From contig CAWIEK010000023.1 of the NCBI GenBank assembly GCA_963835065.1, forward strand, positions 1 to 35,498: a stretch of 35,498 bases of DNA, read 5' to 3'. This DNA comes from an uncultured Chthonomonadaceae bacterium (GTDB lineage Bacteria > Armatimonadota > Chthonomonadetes > Chthonomonadales > Chthonomonadaceae). Position numbers and translations under genes: made by a program. Each line of letters begins with the position of its first letter. Positions within the stretch are counted from its first letter, which is position 1. Below the pieces are notes generated by a model. That model saw nothing but the letters and a program-made list of their open reading frames with translations, was not told where the DNA came from and did no database searches. Shown here piece by piece: positions 19,190 to 27,583 of the stretch.

Positions 19190-19933
19190 GTGACGGACGA
19201 GAAGAAAGTAGCGGTTGTGACTGGGGCGAGCAGCGGGATTGGCGCGGCGACGGCGATTGCCTTGCATCAGGCGGGCTTTGACGTGGTAATGGGCGCGCGG
19301 CGCGTGGACAAGATGCGGGAAATCGCCGAACCGATTGGGGCGCGGGTTCTGCCGCTGGATGTGACGGATTTGGCTTCCATACAAGCCTTCTGCGCCGAAT
19401 TGCCGCAGGTTCATGTGCTGGTGAATAATGCGGGCGGGGCGTTGGGATTGGACACAATCGCGCAGGCAAAAGATGAAGACTGGCAGCGCATGTACGACAC
19501 CAACGTACTGGGACTGATGCGAATGACGCGGGAACTGCTGCCGAAATTGGAAGCGTCGGGCGCGGGGCATGTGGTCAACGTCGGCAGTATTGCGGGGCGC
19601 GAAGCGTATCCGGGCGGCGCAGGCTACAACGCTGTTAAGTTCGCGGTCAATGCCATTACCAAAGTAATGCGCCTGGAACTGGTCGGCAAGCCCATTCGCA
19701 TTACGGAAGTGGCTCCCGGTATGGTGGAAACCGAGTTCAGCGAAGTGCGCTTCAGCGGCGACAGGGAACGGGCCTCGAAAGTGTATCAGGGCTTGCAGCC
19801 GCTGTCCGCCGAAGACATCGCCGATGTGATTCAGTACGTGGTGACGCGCCCACCGCACGTCAACATAGATGAAATCGTGGTTAAGCCCTTAGCGCAAGCA
19901 TCGGCAACCGTTTCCGCCCGCAAGCCGCAATGA
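19190..19933 (+). CDS. NADP-dependent short-chain dehydrogenase/reductase (YdfG-like)
   Basis: Motifs TGASSGIG, LVNNAG, GSIAG, YNAVK and PGMVETEFS.VRF.GD. GTG start with GGAGG RBS. Confidence 0.92.
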   Translation: MTDEKKVAVVTGASSGIGAATAIALHQAGFDVVMGARRVDKMREIAEPIGARVLPLDVTDLASIQAFCAELPQVHVLVNNAGGALGLDTIAQAKDEDWQRMYDTNVLGLMRMTRELLPKLEASGAGHVVNVGSIAGREAYPGGAGYNAVKFAVNAITKVMRLELVGKPIRITEVAPGMVETEFSEVRFSGDRERASKVYQGLQPLSAEDIADVIQYVVTRPPHVNIDEIVVKPLAQASATVSARKPQ

Positions 19934-19942
19934 GGATCGAAC

Positions 19943-19990
19943 CGCAAAGAAGCAAAAGAACGCAAAGAAGCAAAGAAGGCAAAGACAAAG
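19943..19990. repeat. Degenerate GCAAAGAA-type tandem repeat (8-10-nt units)
   Basis: CGCAAAGAAGCAAAAGAACGCAAAGAAGCAAAGAAGGCAAAGACAAAG. Confidence 0.65.
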
Positions 19991-20035
19991 CGAAGGCAAC
20001 TACCAAAGCAGGCTGCCGGGAAAACAAAGGTAGTA

Positions 20036-21041
20036 ATGACGGATGTTGAAATACAAGTGAATGCCGTACGCAGTGGAGTGGGGCTGATAGACCGCTCGGA
20101 TGTAGGCAAAATTGCCGTTTCGGGCGCAGATCGGTTTACCTGGCTGCAAGGCATGGTCAGCAGCGATGTTCGCCTGCTCGAAAACGGCAAGGCGTACCGT
20201 CAGCAGGCTTGTGTTCTGGATTCAACCGGGCATGTGTTAACCGATCTCGCGCTGATAAGCCCGCAGGGAGCCGGCAGGGTTCTGCTCGATTTGCCGCGCG
20301 CAAACGTCGCCAAACTGCTTGCCTTATTTGACCGCTACCTGATTACCGAAGATGTCGAAATCGTGGATTTAACAGACACAATGGGGTGCTTTTCCATACA
20401 GGGCGCGGGTTCGATGGCCTGGCTGACGCGGATGGAAAGCGACCGTATGTTCAGCGCCGCCTGGGACAATGTAGAGGTGTTGATGGATGCCGACCATACC
20501 GGCAGCGGCGGCGTAGACCTTTACTTCCCAGAGGGAAGCCGCAGAACAAATCCGGCACACCCACGCGGTGAAATCCGTGCCGGTGATCGGAGCGGAAGCG
20601 CAGGAGATTTTGCGGGTGGAGGCGGGTATACCGAAATACGGCGTGGATATGGACGAAACCACGCTTGCGCCCGAAGCCGGCTTGATGGCAACGCATATCA
20701 GTTTAACAAAAGGCTGCTACGTGGGGCAGGAAATCATCGCCCGCATCCATTCGCGCGGCCATACCAACCGCGCCCTGACCGGCCTGGTGTTTGACGCCGG
20801 TGACGCGCCCGCATCCGGCGACAAAATCATCGCGCTGGAAGACGGCAATCCGCGCGAAACCGGGCGCATAACCAGCGTTGTCGCGTCTTCCCCCGCCATG
20901 AACGGCAGTGCCATCGCCCTCGGCTATGTCCGCCACGAACACCGCGCCCTGGACAGTCAGGTTCACGTTGTCGGCAGCAACCGGACGCGCATCGGGAGCG
21001 TAGTGGAGTTGCCGTTTTATGGAGGAAGTAGTCAGAAGTGA
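20036..21041 (+). CDS. YgfZ/GcvT-family folate-binding protein (frameshift near 20530-20570)
   Basis: N-half GKIAVSGADRFTWLQGMVS. C-half LRVEAGIPKYG...ISLTKGCYVGQEIIARI carries the YgfZ KGCYxGQE signature. Confidence 0.88.
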
Positions 21042-21156
21042 GTAGTCAGTAGTCAGTAGAGGAATCCACTCTTGTCAACTGGTTCTGCTGCACAAAGGAT
21101 TAAGTAAACGCGCATTTCTACTGACTACTGACTACTCACTTCTGACTACTTCCTCC
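21021..21156. repeat. Perfect 40-bp inverted repeat with GTAGTCA heptamers between convergent genes
   Basis: 21021-21060 GGAGGAAGTAGTCAGAAGTGAGTAGTCAGTAGTCAGTAGA is the reverse complement of 21117-21156. The left arm contains the YgfZ-like stop codon. Confidence 0.9.
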
Positions 21157-21157
21157 C

Positions 21158-21970
21158 CTACTTCTTCGGCAACAAATACGTCCACTCATCCATCATGTTT
21201 TCGATCATCAAGTCCTGCGCGTCTATCCAGTCGGCGAGGACGAAGGGACGGCCCGCGTGGCGGCTGAGGGGATTGCGGACGCGCATGTAGCCGTGCAAGC
21301 CCTCCGTCGCGTCCGGGAGCATCAGGTAAAAGCCGGCGTGGGTTTCCACAAACCCGGTTTCGTAACTGAAGCCGTACAGCGGGTCGAAGAAATAGCGGCC
21401 ATTGGTGCGGCGCGGCTCGTCCAGAACGCCCAGCACAACCGCGTCCGCGTGGCACGTTTTTGCCACATCGCGCACGGCCTGCGCCAGCGGCAGGGGAAAC
21501 CTCGTACCCTTCATGCGCCCGTCATTGTCGAACATTTTTTCGGGCGTTAATTGCAGGTTTTTCAGCGCGGCGTTTACTTCCTCATCCGGCACGATTTGCA
21601 ATCCGGCGCGTTTGGCAAGGCGGTTGGGCAGGCCAACGCGAATGGCGTCCTGAAGTTTGCGCAGGTACTCGGCGTTTTGCAGCAGGCGTGCGTCTTCCGG
21701 CTTGCGTCCGATGGGCGCGGGTGCGGGAATGTTCGCGCTGCCGTTCGCTTCTGTTTTGGGCTTGCTGTCTTCCTTCAGTTTGTCGGCCTTTTGCAGCGTG
21801 TCCGTGCCGAAAAAGGCGGGAATGACGACGAGGCGATGGACATGGGCAAGCTGCGCGCGTTTCTGGTCGTCATGGGTATCGCTTCGCGCAGCCGGAGCAA
21901 AGCGGCAAAGCAAAGCGGCAAGGATCAGGCAGGCAAGAACCGGCAGCAGGCGCGAAAAAAAACGCAGCAT
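21158..21970 (-). CDS. Secreted hypothetical protein
   Basis: 270-aa ORF with a signal-peptide-like N-terminus and AGGAG RBS. Confidence 0.75.
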   Translation of the reverse strand: MLRFFSRLLPVLACLILAALLCRFAPAARSDTHDDQKRAQLAHVHRLVVIPAFFGTDTLQKADKLKEDSKPKTEANGSANIPAPAPIGRKPEDARLLQNAEYLRKLQDAIRVGLPNRLAKRAGLQIVPDEEVNAALKNLQLTPEKMFDNDGRMKGTRFPLPLAQAVRDVAKTCHADAVVLGVLDEPRRTNGRYFFDPLYGFSYETGFVETHAGFYLMLPDATEGLHGYMRVRNPLSRHAGRPFVLADWIDAQDLMIENMMDEWTYLLPKK

Positions 21971-22001
21971 GAAGGTTTTCTCCTGTAGTTCACATTTGGT
22001 T

Positions 22002-22060
22002 AAATTCTACTTTGGTGTTTGGCGGTCCTTCCGAACGTGGAAAACACCAAAGCAGAATTT
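22002..22060 (-). terminator. 19-bp stem-loop immediately after the 22067 stop
   Basis: AAATTCTACTTTGGTGTTT pairs with AAACACCAAAGCAGAATTT. The single mismatch is a G-U pair on the minus-strand RNA. Confidence 0.55.
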
Positions 22061-22066
22061 GAACGA

Positions 22067-23005
22067 CTACTTGGCTTTGGGCTTGACTGGCGCGGCGGGT
22101 TTCGCGGGCGCAGTCGTGGGCGCGGCGGCCTTCTTTTTGGCGCGTTCCACGGCTACTTCTACGGCGCGCTGCTTGGCCTGCGTGATGATGGTATTGACGT
22201 TGGCGTTGGGAATCAGGAACGTATGCACCGGGCTGCTGCCACCCCCGCCGCCTCCGAACAGGCGCATCAACATGCTGAAGCCGCCTGCCCCCTCCATATC
22301 CTCTTTGATGCCGCCGACGGAAAGGACGGTCAATACGCCGACAGGTTCGCCGTTGAGGGTGTAAACGGGCAGTCCCAGGCCGGACACGCTGCCATCCAGC
22401 AGGTACGCATTGCGCGGTTTGGCAATGACGCCGCTCAAGCGCGCGCTGTTGTAGTAGGGCGCATAATCGTAACCTTTGCTCAAGCGTGAAATGGCAACCA
22501 GTTTCTGTCCCATGACCGGCGTGACCGTGCCCGTAAAGTCAATGGGCGTCAATTTGCGGTCGCCCAAATCTTCCACTTTGATGAAGGACAGTCCCAATAC
22601 GGCGTCCGTTGCGGCCAGAAACGCCTTGTACTCTTTGTCTTCTTTCTCGAAGATCACTTTGAAGTCCGTCGGCGTCATTTTCATATCGAAGCCGCCGCCC
22701 GCTCCCGCCAATCCGCCCATCAAATCTTTCATGCGGTCGGAAGAAAAGGTGGAATTGGACAGCATGATCAAGCCGTCCGCGGTGACAACCACGCCCTGAA
22801 CCTCCTGGCGCGATTCCGTATCCTGCGACTGCCCGCCGCCACTAAAAGACGTTTTCACCACGACCTTGACGGTGGCAACGGCGGGTGACTGTGAGGCCAG
22901 CAGTTTTTGTATTTGGTCGCCTTCCTCATCCGCGCGGGCGGGCAAGGGCAGCAGGATGCTCGGCGCGAACAGCGCCGCAAGAAGCAGAGGGGTAAATGCG
23001 CGCAT
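22067..23005 (-). CDS. Secreted trypsin-like (HtrA-type) protease domain lacking catalytic His and Ser
   Basis: QGVVVTADGLIMLSNS lacks TNxH. DAVLGLSFIKV is present. SGLGLPVYTLNGEPVGV stands in place of GNSGGPL. Signal peptide present, no PDZ. Confidence 0.7.
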   Translation of the reverse strand: MRAFTPLLLAALFAPSILLPLPARADEEGDQIQKLLASQSPAVATVKVVVKTSFSGGGQSQDTESRQEVQGVVVTADGLIMLSNSTFSSDRMKDLMGGLAGAGGGFDMKMTPTDFKVIFEKEDKEYKAFLAATDAVLGLSFIKVEDLGDRKLTPIDFTGTVTPVMGQKLVAISRLSKGYDYAPYYNSARLSGVIAKPRNAYLLDGSVSGLGLPVYTLNGEPVGVLTVLSVGGIKEDMEGAGGFSMLMRLFGGGGGGSSPVHTFLIPNANVNTIITQAKQRAVEVAVERAKKKAAAPTTAPAKPAAPVKPKAK

Positions 23006-23055
23006 AAAATATCAGTTCCTTTTCCTGCAAGATTGAACAAGATTGAAATGGTTGT

Positions 23056-25134
23056 TTATTGGGAAGCCGTCAGTTTGGTCCAATCGGGTTCGATCAGGAC
23101 GAAATGGGTCAGGTAGTCGCGCCGGACGAATACGCGGATAACATGTGGCTTTTGGATTGCGATCTGCTTCATCACTTCCGTAAACGTGTCCACGTCCGGC
23201 GTCTTCTGGCCGTTGATGGACACGATTAAATCGTTGATGCGCAGGCCGGCGATATTGGCCCAGCCGCCCGAAGTAGCGTCCAAAACCAGAACGCCTGTTT
23301 GCTCCTGCTTCCAGTGGTGGTCTATCTTGTCTATAAACGTCAGTTCCCGCACTGTGAACTCGAACTCTTTTTGGCGGACGTTTTTGGCCTGCGCAATGGA
23401 TGTGGGCGTTCGCTCCAGCGTCACGTCAATGACGGACTTTTTGCCCTTGCGCAGAACCGTCAGTTTGGCCTTGTCTCCAACCGGCAGTTCCTCAACCGCC
23501 CGCTTGAAATCGTCCGCATCCTGGGCGCGGGACGCATCCAGTTTGGAGCCGTTCAGAGCGAGCAAAATGTCGCCTGTCTGCAAGCCGGCTTTCGCAGCCT
23601 CGGTAAAGGGCAGAACCTGGGTAATCAGATAGCCTTTGGTGTCCGGCGCGTTGAGGGCTTTTGCCACTTCGGGCGTCAGCACCTCGGATTTGAGGCCGAT
23701 CCAGGCGCGGGGCAGTTCGCCGCCATCGTCGCCGGCTTTGGGCGTTTCCGGCTTGATGACCGTCATCAGATGCTCGTCATGCCGATCAAAGGCAACCGCC
23801 ACTTCGCCCTTGTCTTTGGCATCGGCAAGCGCGGCGCGCAGGGCGGCAAGGGTATAGGTCGGCTTGCCGTCTACGGAGCGCAGCACGTCGCCTTCCTGCA
23901 CTTTGGGCTGCGCCGACTCGAACGGGAAGCCGGGGCGGACACCCGTTACCAGAATGCCGTTACGGTCGGGCAGGTTGCGCACTAAGGCCATTTGCGACGT
24001 CAGGGCGCGAGCGGTCAGGCCCGTGTCCCGAAACTCTTCTTCCGCGCCAAGCATCGGTTCCATCAGGGCAACGGTTGCGGTCAGGGTTTTGGGCTGCCCG
24101 TCCCGCAAGGTTTTGATAGCAACGGGATGGCCTTCCGGCAGGCGGGCAACGGCCTGATAGAAAAGAGGAACCTGCTCGAAGAACTGCACGTCAACGGGCG
24201 TGGTGTCCAGGGCAAGCAGAATATCGCCGGGCTGTACCCCCGCTTTGTCGGCAGGGGAGCCGGGCAGAACGGAGGAAACCAGCGCGCCGTCCTTGCGGCC
24301 TAATTTGTTGACGGGCATCACGCTCAGGCCGAGCCAGCCCCGTTTCACCTTGCCGTACTGCTTCACCTGCTGAAACACGTCCGACACGATGCTTGACGGA
24401 ATGGCAAACCCGACGCCATTGCCGCCAAGTTCGTTGATGCCGACCACTTCCCCTTTAAGATTAACTAATGGCCCGCCGGAATTGCCGGGCAGAATCAGCG
24501 CGTCATGCTGAAGCCAGCGCGTGAACAAACCCGTTTTTTCGCCCTCATCCAGTTCCTGCTCTTCGATCTGCGTGGCGGTAAAATCGGTAAATACCCGTTT
24601 GGTGTTGGACACGACGCCCAAAGTGAGCGAAGAGGATAGCATGAGCGGATTGCCCATCGCCATCACAAAATCCCCGACGCGAACGGCTTCCGAATCACCA
24701 AGCGGGGCGTAAGCAAGGGGCGCTTTCGGATCGGCGCGCTTGTCCAGGCGAAGTTTCAGGATGCTCAGGTCGCTGAGGGGATCGTCATAGACGACATTCG
24801 CGTCAATCGCTTCGCCCGTCGCCAGGGTGCAGATGATATGGGTGGTATGCCCCGCTACATGAAAATTCGTGACGACATAGCCGTCCTTGCTGATAATCAC
24901 GCCGCTGCCGCCCGCAGGCGCGCGCTGCGCCCGCCCTTCGGAAAAGTAGCGGAACACGACTGTAATGTTGACCAAAGCGGGGTAAACTTTCGCTTTCGCC
25001 TGATCAATGTCGCGGCGCAGGGCGTCCTGCGTGGAAGCCGCCGCTTGCGCGCGGGCGGGCAATGTCGCGCCGGTCAGCAGCCCGCTGCCAAGCAGTGTTC
25101 CGGCCAGCAATGCCGCGCGTCGTAATTTGTGCAT
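23056..25134 (-). CDS. HtrA/DegP-family serine protease with four PDZ domains
   Basis: Catalytic motifs GSGVII, TNFHV, SDLSIL and PGNSGGPL. Four PDZ repeats (SPADKAGVQPGD, VQEGDVL, AAKAGLQTGD, AGLRIND). GAGGA RBS before ATG 25134. Confidence 0.9.
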   Translation of the reverse strand: MHKLRRAALLAGTLLGSGLLTGATLPARAQAAASTQDALRRDIDQAKAKVYPALVNITVVFRYFSEGRAQRAPAGGSGVIISKDGYVVTNFHVAGHTTHIICTLATGEAIDANVVYDDPLSDLSILKLRLDKRADPKAPLAYAPLGDSEAVRVGDFVMAMGNPLMLSSSLTLGVVSNTKRVFTDFTATQIEEQELDEGEKTGLFTRWLQHDALILPGNSGGPLVNLKGEVVGINELGGNGVGFAIPSSIVSDVFQQVKQYGKVKRGWLGLSVMPVNKLGRKDGALVSSVLPGSPADKAGVQPGDILLALDTTPVDVQFFEQVPLFYQAVARLPEGHPVAIKTLRDGQPKTLTATVALMEPMLGAEEEFRDTGLTARALTSQMALVRNLPDRNGILVTGVRPGFPFESAQPKVQEGDVLRSVDGKPTYTLAALRAALADAKDKGEVAVAFDRHDEHLMTVIKPETPKAGDDGGELPRAWIGLKSEVLTPEVAKALNAPDTKGYLITQVLPFTEAAKAGLQTGDILLALNGSKLDASRAQDADDFKRAVEELPVGDKAKLTVLRKGKKSVIDVTLERTPTSIAQAKNVRQKEFEFTVRELTFIDKIDHHWKQEQTGVLVLDATSGGWANIAGLRINDLIVSINGQKTPDVDTFTEVMKQIAIQKPHVIRVFVRRDYLTHFVLIEPDWTKLTASQ

Positions 25135-25289
25135 GAGGTTCCTCAATTCGTCCGTAGGCTTCTCTGTTAATGTATCTGGCCGTCCGTATACTTTGCTGCC
25201 AGTGGGCTTTGCTATGCGGTATATTCTTTTATACCGGCATCCGCTTCCTCGTTGAATTGGATCGAACTTACCATTATTCTACCATTTAT

Positions 25290-25916
25290 CCGGCGTTGAA
25301 AACATATCCGAAAGGGTTGAAGACATTTCCATTTTTGTACGCCCCGTACCGTCTCTTTTAGAGATTGCTCGCGCCTTCCTTGTCATCGGCTGCCTTGCAT
25401 TTGGCGGGCAGGGCGGCTTGCTGGCGCTGCTCAGTCGCGATCTGGTGGAACGGCGCAAGTGGATAGAAGAAGCCGAGGTTACGGAAGCGTTTACCTATGT
25501 GCAGCTTCTTCCCGGCGCGGTGGTCGTGCAGGTGGTGGCGTATCTGGGCTATCGGCTGCGCGGCTGGCGCGGCGCGGCCACATCCACCTTTTGCTTTCTC
25601 CTGCCGTCTGTTGTGGTGATGCTCCTGCTTGCCGCCACGTACCGCCGCGTTTCCGCGGTTGCGGGCGTTCCCGCCGCGCTTCATGGTTTGACGGCAGCCG
25701 TCGTCGGCCTGATCGCCCTCGCCGCGTACAAGCAGGCGCGCAAGACCGTAAAAGGCGCGCTTGGCGTAAGCTATCGCGGTTGTGGTTTGCGCGCTGGCAA
25801 TCGGATGGCGCGTCAACCCCGCCGTCTTAGTCGTCGGAGCCGGTCTGCTCGGTATCCTCCGCGAAGCCCTACCCAAAAGAAGCAAGACCGTTGAAGGTGA
25901 CGGCAAGTTGTCTTGA
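25290..25916 (+). CDS. Short-chain chromate transporter (ChrA family), frameshifted
   Basis: AFLVIGCLAFGG, DLVERRKWI, VQLLPG, AYLGYRLRGWRGA and FLLPS. The hydrophobic C-terminus resumes in another frame after about 25770 and ends at TGA 25914-25916. No clear in-frame start. Confidence 0.8.
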
Positions 25917-26155
25917 ACCATGATTTATGTGATTTTTCGGATTAGCATGATGTGCTGTCTTGAACTATGATGTCAATGACTTCAGGACGGCTACCCTTTG
26001 CAGACAAAATCGGCGCGCATCCATTGCAAGTAGCGCGGCAGGTTCCAATTTGCGCGGGTTGTGCGGATGGTTTCCACAGTCCGCAACTTTTTCCTGCTCA
26101 CCATGTCAAAAACGCGGTACAATAAACTACATTTTGTGCGCGGGAAACAAACACC

Positions 26156-26635
26156 ATGATGAACAGCGAAGACACCCTTTACGAAGTACCCTATTTTGAA
26201 CACAAGGTTATCAACGAACTGATGCACGCGCACCGGGGTGAGTACGGCAAGGCTCTGCGCGCGATTGTGGTGTTCGGAAAGCTGAAAACCGTTGGCGGCA
26301 CGTTCGATATAGAACTGCTGGAAGTTGTTGATGACTGGCAAGGCCCGACTCGCTTTCAATCCGAAAGCAGCGCCACTCTGCCTATGCGCGGCAAGGTGTA
26401 CTTTCATTTTCTGTCTACGGCGGATTTTGAGCGGTTTGGCGCACAGGATGCGTCTCTGTCTGCCGAAGCGCGGGAGGTTTTAGAACAGGTACTCAAAGGC
26501 TACGAAGTTATCTATCAGGTTCCCGCCGGATATGCGCGCGAAATGTTTCAGCAGGCGCAGGCCGTTCGTAAAGCGCAGGCCGGTGGCGTGTTTCTATCTG
26601 ATCCACGCCGTCCTTCCCTGTTGACCAGAGGCTGA
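26156..26635 (+). CDS. Minimal nucleotidyltransferase (MNT)-like protein, degenerate motif
   Basis: LRAIVVFGKLKTVGGTFDIELLEVV corresponds to the hhFGS...DhD motif. The C-terminal EVLEQVLKGYEVIY is MNT-like. Confidence 0.6.
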   Translation: MMNSEDTLYEVPYFEHKVINELMHAHRGEYGKALRAIVVFGKLKTVGGTFDIELLEVVDDWQGPTRFQSESSATLPMRGKVYFHFLSTADFERFGAQDASLSAEAREVLEQVLKGYEVIYQVPAGYAREMFQQAQAVRKAQAGGVFLSDPRRPSLLTRG

Positions 26636-26639
26636 AACC

Positions 26640-27206
26640 ATGCTGCTGCCATTTCCTCGTGAAAGCCAGATGGCTCGTGCCCTGTTTGCAGAAGCAGCGC
26701 GGCATTTGCAGGATGCCCGCATCTTGCATGGCAATAAACGCTATGCGGGTTCCATTACCTCGACCATGAAAGCGGTTGAACTTGGCTTGAAATCTGTTCT
26801 TGTGTTATATGGGGCAACTGGATGGCTTGACCCCGTTTTACATTCCCACAATGTTTTTGCAGAAATTATCAAGCTCCCGACAGTAACACAAAGCTTCTTA
26901 AACGCGCTTGAAAATTATGACTCCGCGTTGCTTGACGACTTAAAACTGCTGGAACAATTCATTCCTGCCAAACCGGACGTTAAAAAGCTGACTTACGCCG
27001 AAGCCGCCAATACCGAGTACCCTTTCTTCGCATTCCTGCCCGGTTCCATGCCAAGCGCGTCCCTCACCCTCTATTCACCGGGCGAACATTTTACACAGGC
27101 GGAAAGCGTCAAGCACTTTCAAACCGCATACCGCCTGCTGACCGCGCTGATGGCGCTTTCTCCCGAAATCAAGAACTGGAAAGTGCGCCTGTGCCGCAAC
27201 CTGTAA
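26640..27206 (+). CDS. HEPN domain protein
   Basis: AEAARHLQDARIL...RYAGS...KAVELGLKSVL...SHNV...NTEYP. Starts 4 bp after the MNT-like gene. Confidence 0.72.
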   Translation: MLLPFPRESQMARALFAEAARHLQDARILHGNKRYAGSITSTMKAVELGLKSVLVLYGATGWLDPVLHSHNVFAEIIKLPTVTQSFLNALENYDSALLDDLKLLEQFIPAKPDVKKLTYAEAANTEYPFFAFLPGSMPSASLTLYSPGEHFTQAESVKHFQTAYRLLTALMALSPEIKNWKVRLCRNL

Positions 27207-27258
27207 CCGCCCGCTTGATGATCCCGCCGCTACCTTCCTGTAATCTCCTCACCTAAAC

Positions 27259-27295
27259 CCGAATACCTGAATACCGAATACCGAATACCGAACCC
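27259..27295. repeat. CCGAATA heptamer tandem repeat immediately before the duplicated segment
   Basis: CCGAATA CCTGAATA CCGAATA CCGAATA CCGAACC. Confidence 0.7.
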
Positions 27296-27376
27296 CTTCC
27301 TGTAAATTCCTCAGCGCAGTTGTTATCAGCGACTCGCAGCAAACACCAGTACGCACATACGTACAGATATGTCTAG

Positions 27377-27405
27377 TTGTGTTTGGCGGATAAAACCGCT
27401 AGAAT
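27377..27405 (+). promoter_or_regulatory. Sigma70-type promoter of dnaE copy 1 (duplicated at 31916-31944)
   Basis: TTGTGT-N17-TAGAAT. Confidence 0.5.
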
Positions 27406-27454
27406 AGCCTCATGCGCCACATCTAGGGCAACGTGGAGTGGCGCGAACTAAATA

Positions 27455-27563
27455 AGGTTTCAGGTGTCAGGTTTCAGGTGTCAGAAAAGGCTCTTCTTCC
27501 TTATAGATGAGACGAATGCAGCAGCGTTCTCCCCTGATACCTGAAACCTGATACCTGAAACCT
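27455..27563 (+). repeat. 30-bp heptamer-armed hairpin in the dnaE leader (duplicated at 31994-32102)
   Basis: AGGTTTCAGGTGTCAGGTTTCAGGTGTCAG pairs with CTGATACCTGAAACCTGATACCTGAAACCT. Confidence 0.85.
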
Positions 27564-27583
27564 AACTTCCTTCCGAGGCAACC

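Noticed and set aside
20520..20580. Programmed frameshift in the YgfZ-like gene (likewise GT4 at ~12308 and chromate transporter at ~25770)
   Set aside because: No clear slippery site or stimulator was seen. Isolated indels occur in several unrelated genes, consistent with sequencing error.
2835..27563. Short tandem repeats as a CRISPR array
   Set aside because: Units are 7-9 nt without unique 30-40-nt spacers, and no cas genes are present.
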